Shown piece after piece: positions 32,679 to 43,224 of a stretch of DNA of 64,000 nt. This DNA comes from Ostrea edulis (taxonomy: Eukaryota), in assembly GCF_947568905.1 (NCBI RefSeq), contig NC_079171.1:25172001-25236000 (forward strand), given 5' to 3'. The stretch's first letter is position 1. Each line of letters starts with the position of its first letter. Made by a program: the position numbers and the translations under genes. The notes under the pieces were generated by a model. That model had not been told where the DNA came from. It worked only from the letters and a program-made list of their open reading frames with translations, and did not search any database.

Positions 32679-33312
32679 TCACATTGCGATTTCTGCGTCC
32701 CAGTCTTCTTCTTCTTCTTCGTCGGTGTCGAAGGATAGCTGATAGTGAGCATCCGTGTAGCCACTCTCCAGCATCTCCTCGATGTCCCTGTCTTCCTGCG
32801 AAGCTGCAGCTTTTTTTTTTACGTCTTGGGACTTCTGTGGTATTTCCGGTATACATCCAGTGGTGTGCTTTGAAAGCGATTGTGCCGCGTCGTCCGTCGT
32901 TGACGGGTTGCTCGTTGCCGTCTTGCGTATCATCTCCGGTATATATCCAGTGGTGCGGTTTGTAAGTGATTGTGATGTCTCGTTCGTCGTCGTCGAAGAG
33001 TCGGTCGTTCTCGTCTTCTGTACCATCTCCGGTATACATCCAGTGTTGTGGTTGGTAAGTGATCGTACCACGGCCGTCTTGCGTTTTGTTGTTCGAACTC
33101 TTTGAATTCTTGGCGGATGCTTTAACGAGTTTCTCCCATTGTTGCTCTCTCGCTTCTGCTGCCAGGGATTCCTCTGACACCCAGTCATCCACGGCGTAGT
33201 TGAGCAACATGGTGTTATTGCGGTTGAATATTTCCGCATCATCGGTATCGAACATGACGAACATGCCATTGAGCTCGTTGCCGGATTTCCTCAGGAGTCT
33301 ATTCATATCCAT
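32679..33312 (-). pseudogene. Paralogue of the 342-aa gene with apparent frameshift at an A10 tract
   Basis: Shared MDMN.LL.K N-terminus. The acidic EDWD C-terminus is in another frame after T10 at 32811-32820. Confidence 0.65.
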
Positions 33313-33467
33313 AGTGATAGTAGTAGTAGTAGTAAAAATCCTTAGAGGTATGAATGGTGAATCGGTAGAGATCACGTAGACTGTGATAATCTTAAAATGC
33401 TGGAAGGCAGAGTTGATGATTTGTAATTCGACGATGAAGGTATATATATGTTTTGCGCCGGTGTTAT

Positions 33468-33483
33468 ATCGAACGCGTTCGAT
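33468..33483. promoter_or_regulatory. Perfect 16-bp copy of the recurrent promoter palindrome ATCGAACGCGTTCGAT
   Basis: About 20 bp from a TATA-like tract toward the ATG at 33312. Similar copies at 29754, 32190, 58872, 61179, 62887 and others. Confidence 0.75.
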
Positions 33484-33691
33484 TTTTTGGGTATGGTTGT
33501 TAGCGCGTCGTTGTTCGTTTGTGGCTCTGGATGGGTGTTATAATCGCCGTTTTTGCTGGGTACGATGCATGTATCCTGCGCGTGTGTTTGATAAAAATAA
33601 ATCTCCGTCTGGAAGACTAGTGCTTTCTATCTGGGAGAAGTTTTGGTGCTTATGGTGGTTCCCGAGTGCCCTCCGGAGGCCAGCTCTCTGA

Positions 33692-33745
33692 CGGTGTATA
33701 TATATATATATTATTAGAGCGGCACGGAGGACGGCCCTCCGCAGA
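33692..33745 (+). repeat. Single origin-like repeat unit within a ~140-bp direct repeat (partner at about 34110-34250)
   Basis: CTTTCTATCTGGGAGAAGTTTTGG...GGACGGCCCTCCGCAGACAG is duplicated. Confidence 0.8.
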
Positions 33746-33829
33746 CAGTGTTGGTTTGGTGTTTCTGTGCGAGAGCACGTTTTTGTGTAAGAAGAAGAAT
33801 GTCGTTTTTTTGGGTTTATAACAAGTTTT

Positions 33830-33961
33830 TTATTGATTGAATGCCATGGTGTTGTACCTGACAGTTTGTCGGTCGTCGGCTATGACTACCGATTGTGTGT
33901 CATTTTGTTTGGTACATTCGTACTCCATGTCAGTTTCTTGAGGGATATTGTGTGAGTTCAT
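33830..33961 (-). pseudogene. 43-aa truncated paralogue of the 145-aa gene
   Basis: MNSHNIPQETDMEYECTKQNDTQSVVIADDRQTVRYN vs MNSYNIGETDIDHEYAKQNAQPVVIDDRHSVRYN. Confidence 0.7.
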
Positions 33962-34183
33962 CTTGATATATTTTGTTGTGGTTGGAATATGGTTGCGTGC
34001 GTGTGTATATATTTTATATATATTTTATATAAATAATATTGACGACTCGGTGTGATGCCCGATATACAGAGGTAAATATATATATACGGTTGATGCGAGA
34101 ATATGTACGTGTTCCTTTCTATCTGGGAGAAGTTTTGGTGCTTATCGTGGCTACCGAGTGCCCTCCGGAGGCCAGCTCTCTGA

Positions 34184-34368
34184 CGGTGTATATATATATA
34201 TATTATTAGAGCGGCACGGAGGACGGCCCTCCGCAGACAGCCTCGATAAAACCTCGAACAGCTTCGATTTTTTAGAAGTGGGTTTTCCCCGCTGCTAGAA
34301 CACGTTCGATTCTTTAGCTGCGGAGTTGCCCTCCTTGCCGCTCTAATAATATATATATATATACACCG
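34184..34368. repeat. Palindromic pair of origin-like units (P7), core inverted relative to P1
   Basis: Spacer reads GTGGGTTTTCCCC instead of GGGGAAAACCCAC. Confidence 0.85.
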
Positions 34369-35077
34369 TCAGAAAGCTGTCCTCCGGAGGTCACTCGGTC
34401 GGTCGTGTTGATGTGGATGATTTTGGCGTAAAACTCGAGTTATTGAGGCCTTTTGCTTGCCTTTGTGTCGTGTCTCTGTGTGTGTTTTTGGGTAGTTGTT
34501 TAATAAATTTTCTAACAAGTATAGAACACAAGCATACCATCGACGTTTGATAAGTCGCAAGTATAGAAACACAAGCATACGGTTGGTGATTTTGATGAAG
34601 TTTTTTTTACAAGCGCACATATCATTTGCCGAACTTGCTAGTGTGTGTATCTGCATCTATATAATCTCTATATATCTGACAAAAACTCCATGGTCTTAGC
34701 GTGCGTGTTCTAAGTGCGTGTTATATACGCAGAGAGAGAGAGAGATGGTCAGGCATAACCCGACTACATGGGTGGTTCAACCGAGTGCACTTTTGAGGTC
34801 GAAGGTCGGAGTTTTTCAAGATAGATAACTCGTGATAGGACTGTGTTCTGTCGCGCGATTTCTCTAAGTATGACTTGGTGGTTTTTTTTTGGAAATGATA
34901 GCATCGCCCAGAACACAACCTCAGTCCAGAGTTACTAAGTACCAAAACTTCGACGAACGACCGAGTTCGACTACCCAAAAAAAATACACATAAAAACAAG
35001 CAACTAGTGCCTTTCTGATGGGTTTTTCGTAAGTTTATCATTTCGCTGTGGAGTCTATAAGAGGGCAGCTCTTTGCC

Positions 35078-35152
35078 AGTGTATATATATATATATTATT
35101 AGAGCGGCACGGAGGGCAACTCCGCAGCTAAAATAATCCAACGTGTTCGAGC
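35078..35152 (+). repeat. Single origin-like repeat unit
   Basis: Same consensus as 14062. Confidence 0.85.
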
Positions 35153-35392
35153 TCGGGATGATTGTCTTCGCAGCTCTATGTATTTCCCAGTTTCAACCCA
35201 CAAAATCCCCCTTCGAGAAAACCAGTGCATAATCTTTATACACTCCAACAATAAAGAGTCGTGTTTTGTTTAGTTTCAAACTTTTATATATAAAACATAT
35301 CAACGAAATACAATACAACAAGAACATATATACATACATACAATAAAAATCATCACAGGAATTCATTCGATAAGTTTTACACAAAAAAAAGT

Positions 35393-38014
35393 CTATTTGC
35401 GGGGTCCCAGGACGCGTCTGGTCGTTAATCTTAGAGTCCGCGCACGAACTACGGGTGGTTCGGGGGCTTCGGGCATTTCGGGGTCTTCGGGGACTTCGGG
35501 AACTACGGGCACCTTTGGAGCTACCGACACTTTGTCCACTACAGGGGCTGCGGAAACATCGTCTATGTCCGGCAAATCGTTTTCGCCGGTATTATCGAAT
35601 TGTACAGTAACGGGAGCTTCGGCACTGGCTCCCACATTCTCGCACACATCGTCAGCTGCAGTCGGCGCATTCACCACGATCACATTCGCATCAACCACGG
35701 GCTCCACCGGCCTGGTGTAGCGTATGGGGCGACCCCGACGACGACGACGAGTACCGGCACTAACACACCTCCTTCGGCGAGCGGGAGGATTCCTCTCCTC
35801 GTAAGTGAAGTCGCCATCGATGCCCTCACGCACCACCACGTTGTCGGAATCGTCGTCACTACTCAAGTCTCTGTATGCGTTAGGGTCGCGCAAGGCCGGG
35901 TGGACACTCTCCAACAGGGCCTCACGCAACGCTGCATCGTCCTCGTCCACAACACGCTTTCGCTTACGACTCATCGGGGTCACACGACACATCAGCTTAT
36001 CCGACTGCCTACACCTGTACTCTGCCGAACACACATTGCATCTACACATGGGTCCGCGAGATCTACCATCGGCGCCGTCCCCATTGTAGACCGACGGCAA
36101 AACGTCGTGACACACGAATTGGATTATCGGTGTGCACTTGGGGTAAGTAACATCCTGCTCACGAAACACGACCACTACTGGCTTGTGTGTCAGAAACATC
36201 AATTCGGTACCATCATCAACAGGCGTAAATCCCCCAGATATAAACTTCAAGAATTTCACCAAGTTGAAATCGTCACCTCCCACATCGTCACAACTCGTGT
36301 ACACGAAGATAAACTTGGCGTTCTGCACCTTCTTGAACACGCGATGGAAATTCTTCGGGGAAGGAGCGGCCACACACACTAAGTCCTTCAGCGGACACTC
36401 CAAGAAATCCCCGAAGTACGCATAGAAGTCGCGCCATTCACTCTGGGGTGCACTGATGGAATATCTCTCGCCCGCACTGGCACTCAGGGTCACGCGCATC
36501 GAGGAGAACCAGGCGGGGACAGACTTCTCTGCATACTGCCGAAGAATCAGCTGGGTGTTCAAGAATTCGTGATGACTCGAACCCAGCTGAATCGCGGTCT
36601 CGTACTCCGTTCGCAGTGGACCAGTCAACGCCAAATGTGTATCTCCGTTCTCGCCAGGCTTTTCGATGGCATCGCGATCACGATCGGCGTTAATGTAATA
36701 CCGCAGTCCATCGTCGTTTTCTCTCAACTGCTCCAGTTTGCCTTCGGCCGCACCAAGTTCACCCAAACTTGCACATATTAACTTGGGGTTCTCTTTAAAA
36801 CCCGGAGCCACCGATACGGGCGACTTGTGTAAGACATAGCGTTTTACAAAACCGTCACATCCCGCCAATTCCATCACCACATTATCCTCATCATCCTCGT
36901 CATCATCATCAACAACCTCAACCACGTACACGTCCTCCTCGTCATCATCACCATCGATCTCCACAGCTGCAGTCTTAGCCGCGGACACGGGACTAAAATC
37001 CTCACAATCATCTTCGGTATCTCCGTCGTACTCCATGTGAACACTGCTGTCCATATCGTCACTGTACAATCCACTATCCACACTCACGTTACAATCTCTA
37101 TCGTCATCTTCGTCGTCCACAACACAAATATTCTCATCCTCGGAATCAGACTCCCCAAAAGCAGGATCAGACGCAAAGTTTTTGATTACGCACCCGAAGT
37201 AGTTCGGCCGGTTTGTCAACAAACAAACGCTCTTCGCACGAGAACCCTCGGGAGGAGGAGGACAATTCACGTCCGTCTCCGCACAGTCATTGGGGTCCTC
37301 GTGCACCCACGATGCATCGTATACCCTCGGAAGCCAATTGCCAATGTGCCCGTCCGTATCCGGGTAATCGAAGCGAGGGCCAGCGGGACTCACACTATCA
37401 TTGTTATTGCTCGGAGACAAGTACTCCCGCTCGTCCTCGTCACTACTTATGTCCGAATACTCCCCGCCAGACACGGAACCATCATTCACACGTCCCGCCA
37501 CACTGCTACCATCCTCGTCCTCGGCATCGCTGATGTCCGAGTAAGTCGAGGGGTCGCCCACCTCGCAGGTAACGGCGGCAACGGCCACACTCTCGTCCTT
37601 ATCCTCCGTCTTCTTATCCTCCTCCGGTAAGAACACATCGTCACTCAACGTGGTTATATCGCTAATGTCACTGTCGTCATCACTATCCATATCGCTGGCA
37701 CAACTATCACAACTGCAGCTCTCGGAACTCTCGGAACCATCGGAACCATCGGGAGTCTCGGGCACAACACCGTCGCCGAAATCGACACCCTCCACGTCCA
37801 CATCCGGACTCTCAACATCGCCACCACTGCTCTCGCTGTCGCTAACGGTCGCACCCGCTGCAGGCTCGCCATCGGACAACTTAGCCAACAGCGAATCCAC
37901 GTCCTCGTGAGCATCCATCCAACTGGTCAGATCAACCCGGTTCTCCTGCTCGGCCGCTTCCAACAGATGACCACCTCCCATAACAAACGCCATCAAGTCA
38001 ACAGTGTCAGCCAT
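35393..38014 (-). CDS. 873-aa highly acidic putative regulatory protein with AT-hook-like motif
   Basis: Longest ORF in the window, GC-rich, RRRRRGRP near the C-terminus. Four tandem palindromes upstream. Confidence 0.85.
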   Translation of the reverse strand: MADTVDLMAFVMGGGHLLEAAEQENRVDLTSWMDAHEDVDSLLAKLSDGEPAAGATVSDSESSGGDVESPDVDVEGVDFGDGVVPETPDGSDGSESSESCSCDSCASDMDSDDDSDISDITTLSDDVFLPEEDKKTEDKDESVAVAAVTCEVGDPSTYSDISDAEDEDGSSVAGRVNDGSVSGGEYSDISSDEDEREYLSPSNNNDSVSPAGPRFDYPDTDGHIGNWLPRVYDASWVHEDPNDCAETDVNCPPPPEGSRAKSVCLLTNRPNYFGCVIKNFASDPAFGESDSEDENICVVDDEDDDRDCNVSVDSGLYSDDMDSSVHMEYDGDTEDDCEDFSPVSAAKTAAVEIDGDDDEEDVYVVEVVDDDDEDDEDNVVMELAGCDGFVKRYVLHKSPVSVAPGFKENPKLICASLGELGAAEGKLEQLRENDDGLRYYINADRDRDAIEKPGENGDTHLALTGPLRTEYETAIQLGSSHHEFLNTQLILRQYAEKSVPAWFSSMRVTLSASAGERYSISAPQSEWRDFYAYFGDFLECPLKDLVCVAAPSPKNFHRVFKKVQNAKFIFVYTSCDDVGGDDFNLVKFLKFISGGFTPVDDGTELMFLTHKPVVVVFREQDVTYPKCTPIIQFVCHDVLPSVYNGDGADGRSRGPMCRCNVCSAEYRCRQSDKLMCRVTPMSRKRKRVVDEDDAALREALLESVHPALRDPNAYRDLSSDDDSDNVVVREGIDGDFTYEERNPPARRRRCVSAGTRRRRRGRPIRYTRPVEPVVDANVIVVNAPTAADDVCENVGASAEAPVTVQFDNTGENDLPDIDDVSAAPVVDKVSVAPKVPVVPEVPEDPEMPEAPEPPVVRARTLRLTTRRVLGPRK

Positions 38015-38734
38015 AGCTATAAGTCTTCCAATCGCAAATAATCAAATCTCTCCCAAAATACAAACTATCACCTACGATGCACAAACGCAAATCACGCACT
38101 CGGACTGCCCTCCGTCTATTATACCCACACAAACATCCAACGCGTTCGACATTTTACAAACACCAACACCCAACGCGTTCGACACTTTACAAACACCAAC
38201 ACCCAACGCGTTCCACATTTTTACAAAACACTCAACGCGTTACACACGCCGGGGCCACCGATCGCCAACACGGACACACCGGGGACCCACTACCCAACCA
38301 ATACACACCCGGGGGTACCCTCCCCGCAAACAAACACTCCTCCACACCACACTCGCCCCAGCAAACCATACTCTCAGAACATCGGAACGCACTACACTCC
38401 CCCCAGCCACACCAAACCACCCACACTCAACCCCAAAACACTACCATCCCCACACACTACCATCCCCACACTCACCCAATCCACACTCCATCCCCACACA
38501 CACCACCCCCATCCCACAACACACAACCCAAAAAACAAGGGGGGGGGGGTCTACCACAAAACAGGCCACCCCTTCAAACCACACACACAAACAACACTAC
38601 TCACTAACATCTCACCCGTATTCGTTGCATTTTTTTTTGTGCGGGAGTCGGACGGGGCGGTGGCGGAGGGGACGGTCGTGCGGGCGGCGGCGCTCCGGTC
38701 CGCGCGACAACAAAACACACACGCAACCGGGCTA

Positions 38735-38914
38735 GAGAGTTGTTGGGTATAAGTTTGGTTTATTTTTTTTTGCGCGGGGTGCGGGTTGTGTGTTGAGAGA
38801 GTTGTTGGGTATAAGTTTGGTTTATTTTTTTTTGCGCGGGGTGCGGGTTGTGTGTTGAGAGAGTTGTTGGGTATAAGTTTGGTTTATTTTTTTTTGCGCG
38901 GGGTGCGGGTTGTG
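38735..38914 (+). repeat. 62-bp tandem repeat, about 2.9 copies
   Basis: GAGAGTTGTTGGGTATAAGTTTGGTTTA(T)9GCGCGGGGTGCGGGTTGTG at 38735, 38797, 38859. Confidence 0.92.
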
Positions 38915-38976
38915 GTTTGTGGTTTGTGTTTTTTTATTGTTTTTTTTTAATGGTGGTAGGGGGTGTTGTGATTGGA

Positions 38977-39050
38977 GTGGACACTGGGGTCGGTGGACAC
39001 TGGATTCGGTGGACACTAGTTGAGTGGACACTGGATTCGGTGGACACTAG
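38977..39050 (+). repeat. Five iteron-like GTGGACACT(G/A)G direct repeats, 15-16 bp period
   Basis: Copies at 38977, 38993, 39009, 39024, 39040. Confidence 0.9.
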
Positions 39051-40164
39051 TGGGGGACGAGTATGCCGGTAGCGATAGTCGCGGGACGGATAACCGACCG
39101 ACGACTAGGGCCGAATGTACACCGACTGCGGGCACACTGGTCGCATGCACACTAGCGAACCTGTACACTCCCGCTACTTACAGTACTCTCAACAAAACTA
39201 CAGGGTTAAAAAAGGCCCTGCTCTGGATTTGGTCGTTCTTGACTGGGAATGGTGTTTAAGAGTGATGTCTTGATGGGGGACGTTTTTGAGTGGGGGGACT
39301 GTGTTTTTTAAAAAGCTGGGACTGGTTTTATGTTTGGTAGTAGTAGTAGTTAGTAACAGCAGCAGTTGTTTCTGATCGGAGAGATAGATGCGGATGTGGT
39401 TTGTAGAGAGTAGACTGAGCAGAAGTAAAATCGGTGCGTGTTATACACTCGGACGAGGGTTGGTCGAACGGGTGATTAATTGGGTGTTTTTGGTGTATTT
39501 TGGGCCGGATTGGGTCGTTCCGATGGATCGCTGTGGAGGGTAATATGGAGGGCAGAGCTTTGCCGGTGTATATATATATATATTATTAGAGCGGCACGGA
39601 GGGCAACTCCGCAGCGGTAAATATCGAACGTGTTCGACAGGGGGTGTGGTCGGTGGGGATTCCCCGTTGGCGAAACCGGGGCGAGTTGGCGGTAAGAGAT
39701 ATGTAGATATGTAGAGAGAGATATGTAGAGAGAGATATGTAGCAGCCAAATGGGGGGTGGAATAGAATAGATGTTCACGGGGAAGTTTCCGTGCACTCGG
39801 TACTCCAATTCGCATCCATTCCGACGCGATTTGCCACCCATTCACCACACTAACGGCATGGTGCGACGGGGAACGACGACGGGGAACCATGGCGGACAGC
39901 GGAGGACGACGGAGGCCAGCTCTCTGCGGTGTATAATATATATATATTATTAGAGCGGCAAGGAGGGCGGACCTCCATAGCGAACGTTAAAACAACTAAC
40001 GGCCGGACACTAAACACGAACACATTAAGCATATATATCGATACCGGTGTATAACTGCGAATGGGAAAAACTTTAATATTATATAGAAAATATAATTGAC
40101 TTAATGATAGTGTTTTTTTTACACTGTTCGCATTATCAGCTGCTTAAATTGATTCCGCATAACA

Positions 40165-41244
40165 ATGGCAAGTTCATTAAAAGCAAAGCGTGCCGCATTA
40201 TACGCTAAATATAAACGTTTATACAACGCAAGGTTACTCGACGTAGACGACCCAATGACAAAAAACCTATATGATAGGTTTCAATCGTATGTGGAAGCTA
40301 ACCCTGATGAAGAGGATACGAGAGCTCATAAACCATGGATGGATAATACCAAGTACACACTGAATTCAAAACATGCGAGAGCCTTGTGTGTGGACAACGT
40401 ATCTGAGGACTCAGACTCAGAATCAGAATATTGTGATTCGGATGAATCTGATTACGAATTCGACGATGAAATTCATCTCAAAATAGGGTCGTGTGCGGAC
40501 TGTATAGATTGTAAAGGTATAAAGTACGTAAGTCATGCTGCTCCGAACACAGTGATACAAGGCGGTCTAAGATTCGATATGATACTAGACCCTCAGTCGT
40601 TGTTTTATGCGATAGGTGACGTATTTGAGATGGACGATCGGCTAAAAGATAGTGCGTACGGGCTTTCAATAGCTCAAAAGATCGCACTGTACCAGAAGGT
40701 TATACCCGTGGTTGGACAATACATCGCTCGTATCGTCAATTGTTCGATGTGGAGTCGTAAGAGGTTCTATAGTAATAGTAATTTGGTACTAACTGCAAAC
40801 TCTACAATCAGTGAGCTCATCCAATCTGATCCAAGTTTTGCTACAGGTAATGCTGAAGAGAAACGACTAGTGGCACTTGCATATGACGCTATCGGTAGAA
40901 CATGCGCTAAGTTCATAGTTAAGCGAATGATGAATGATAACCCCGGATTGCATATGTTTGATGATGACGTATCATGTAAAACATACGACGAATTGGACCT
41001 CAGTGCGGAAGATGATTGCATGGCTATGGACGCACTAAGAGAGCAGTTAAGAACAATGCCGTTGACTGATGACCGTAGAGCGAAAGTGCGATCAGGAGAA
41101 TACGAGGAAGATGAAGAGAGTGTTACTGACAGTGACGATGATTATAAAGATGAGCTTGATAGAAATAGTGATGGGACACCCGAAATTGTGACCGATGTAA
41201 TTGACGACCTGGAATACTACAGATATCATGAAAAATATATATAA
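40165..41244 (+). CDS. 359-aa hypothetical protein
   Basis: Long ORF with acidic tracts and CADCIDC. Confidence 0.82.
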   Translation: MASSLKAKRAALYAKYKRLYNARLLDVDDPMTKNLYDRFQSYVEANPDEEDTRAHKPWMDNTKYTLNSKHARALCVDNVSEDSDSESEYCDSDESDYEFDDEIHLKIGSCADCIDCKGIKYVSHAAPNTVIQGGLRFDMILDPQSLFYAIGDVFEMDDRLKDSAYGLSIAQKIALYQKVIPVVGQYIARIVNCSMWSRKRFYSNSNLVLTANSTISELIQSDPSFATGNAEEKRLVALAYDAIGRTCAKFIVKRMMNDNPGLHMFDDDVSCKTYDELDLSAEDDCMAMDALREQLRTMPLTDDRRAKVRSGEYEEDEESVTDSDDDYKDELDRNSDGTPEIVTDVIDDLEYYRYHEKYI

Positions 41245-41324
41245 TAAGATCCAAATATGTCTATGTACGATCATTTTTAAAAAAAAACTAAACACATCTT
41301 AAAAATCGAACACGTTGGTTATAT

Positions 41325-42074
41325 ATGTTATATATACTTGGTAGCGGTCGCTGTGGATGGTATGCAGCTCGAGTCGCAACTATGACTATTGAAGAAATTC
41401 ACGATGATTCTGAATCTGAATCAACTATATTTAGAGGTTTCACCTCTGGGTTTGACAGTATCGATAGTGATGTCGGACCACTAATCATAGATCTATCTGG
41501 TGCGTTAAAAAGCTCGTCATCAGATTCAACATCGGACATCGCACAAAGATTCAGCGTTATTTTGAGAGATGAACACGATACTACAGAAATGGAAGCTGAA
41601 GACCTTCGTATAGAATCAGCTATTAAAATAGAAGCGGAAATTAAATCGGAGATGGATACAATGTCGAGTGCTCCGAGTCACGATTCTCGTATGGATGATG
41701 ATGATATCAACCACGATTGTGACGCGAGACATTTCAACTTTGACAATGTGAACAGTGCGAGTAGTGAAACGTCGAGTGATGAGAAGACTACAACCGGCTC
41801 GCGTGCGAGATCGTCGGACGCGAGCCGGTCGTGTAAACGGGCCAAGAAATATAAACTGTGCAACATATGTTGTAAAGAGTACGATACGCATAATTGGAGT
41901 CGACACCACAGACGATGTTCTGCTAGATACGGCAAACAGTTATCTGTGAACCCAACTATATCTTTAGGAAAAGAACTGTGTAATGTGTGCAAAATTTTAT
42001 ATACACCAAATAATATTGAGAGACATAGAGTTGCGTGTATCAAGAGATTGAAACTAAAGCAATTTGGTGTGTGA
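41325..42074 (+). CDS. Protein with two C-terminal C2HC zinc fingers (likely start 41382)
   Basis: CNICCKEYDTHNWSRHHRRC and CNVCKILYTPNNIERHRVAC; acidic N-terminus. Confidence 0.8.
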   Translation: MLYILGSGRCGWYAARVATMTIEEIHDDSESESTIFRGFTSGFDSIDSDVGPLIIDLSGALKSSSSDSTSDIAQRFSVILRDEHDTTEMEAEDLRIESAIKIEAEIKSEMDTMSSAPSHDSRMDDDDINHDCDARHFNFDNVNSASSETSSDEKTTTGSRARSSDASRSCKRAKKYKLCNICCKEYDTHNWSRHHRRCSARYGKQLSVNPTISLGKELCNVCKILYTPNNIERHRVACIKRLKLKQFGV

Positions 42075-42360
42075 CAGTATTAATTTTGTGATGTACTGTG
42101 TAATATTCTTAATGTGTACGATATGTCCTTTATATGTGTATATGCAAAATATATTTTATCAATACTACATTTTCATCGTTGAGTTATTTTATCACAATAT
42201 CCGAATATACAAGATATTCGAGATATGGTAAAAAAAATATATTAAAAAAAACGAAGCAGTTCGATATTTTAACACACGATGTGAATATAAACGGCAACAT
42301 TGTTATAGTATATTATCACAAAACGTCGAGCAGTATCACAATACACACAAGACTAAAACT

Positions 42361-43077
42361 ATGGAATCAAACAAATCTGAGGTAACTATAGTAATGGATG
42401 TCAATGATGTCACAGACTCAGCTTTGTCTTATACTGAAGACGAATTTACGTTAGGCGCCCGTTCCAATATAGCCGAGCAATTCGTCGATAATGCGGCAGA
42501 TTCAGAAAGTTCCGACGACGAAATAATCGATCACACACAATCGACCGACGACGAACCATCAAAGCTAAATTCACTTTCGGAAGTGATGTCGAACGTACAA
42601 AAAAAGACCCTCCAAACTCTACAGGATTTAGAAACATCCTTAGAAGCTGTGAGTGTGCAGAAAGAGTCGCCAAGTGGTGGTAACGACCATGGTGAAAATA
42701 GTGACGCGGTGAAACCTTGTGTCGAAGATAAATTGATAGACGAGATTGAGACGGTGTTAGCAGGTCGCGAATCGCCAGTCTCAGAACCCGGCGATGTGAA
42801 AGATGAACCGCAGATGATCCCATCGGCACTCAAAGTCTTGAACAGACCTTGTCGACCTGCCAGTTTAAACTTCACTTATACACAGAGAAATTTTTCCAAG
42901 AATCCTTTGACAGTCTGCATACCGGGACAACCTCTCAAGATCGTATCAGAATCGCCGCCAGCATTCGTAACAACATTTAAAGAACCCGTGAGGACAAGGG
43001 GTGCGAATGAGGTACGACAAGCTCTGGAGAACATCATGAATCCAAAGAAACCCGAGAAGGCTCCCGCGCAGTTATAG
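42361..43077 (+). CDS. 238-aa acidic hypothetical protein
   Basis: ORF. Confidence 0.75.
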   Translation: MESNKSEVTIVMDVNDVTDSALSYTEDEFTLGARSNIAEQFVDNAADSESSDDEIIDHTQSTDDEPSKLNSLSEVMSNVQKKTLQTLQDLETSLEAVSVQKESPSGGNDHGENSDAVKPCVEDKLIDEIETVLAGRESPVSEPGDVKDEPQMIPSALKVLNRPCRPASLNFTYTQRNFSKNPLTVCIPGQPLKIVSESPPAFVTTFKEPVRTRGANEVRQALENIMNPKKPEKAPAQL

Positions 43078-43224
43078 AAATATGTCTGTAAAATTTCTAT
43101 ATGCTATAATATATATATAAAACACTGTCTTATACTTCATATCTTGTTATATAAAGTTTTTTTATCATATTAAAATGTTTTAACGAATTGAATAAACCGT
43201 ATAATCAATACTACTGACTTAAAA

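Larger units (their letters stand above)
38015..40164. promoter_or_regulatory. 2.1-kb non-coding control region (candidate origin or terminal junction)
   Basis: 33-bp, 62-bp and 16-bp tandem repeats, G11 tract, strand-skew switch and two origin-like units (39564, 39927). Confidence 0.6.

Noticed and set aside
38004-38735. 243-aa and 176-aa His/Thr/Pro-rich ORFs
   Set aside because: Artefacts of the C/A-rich non-coding repeat tract.
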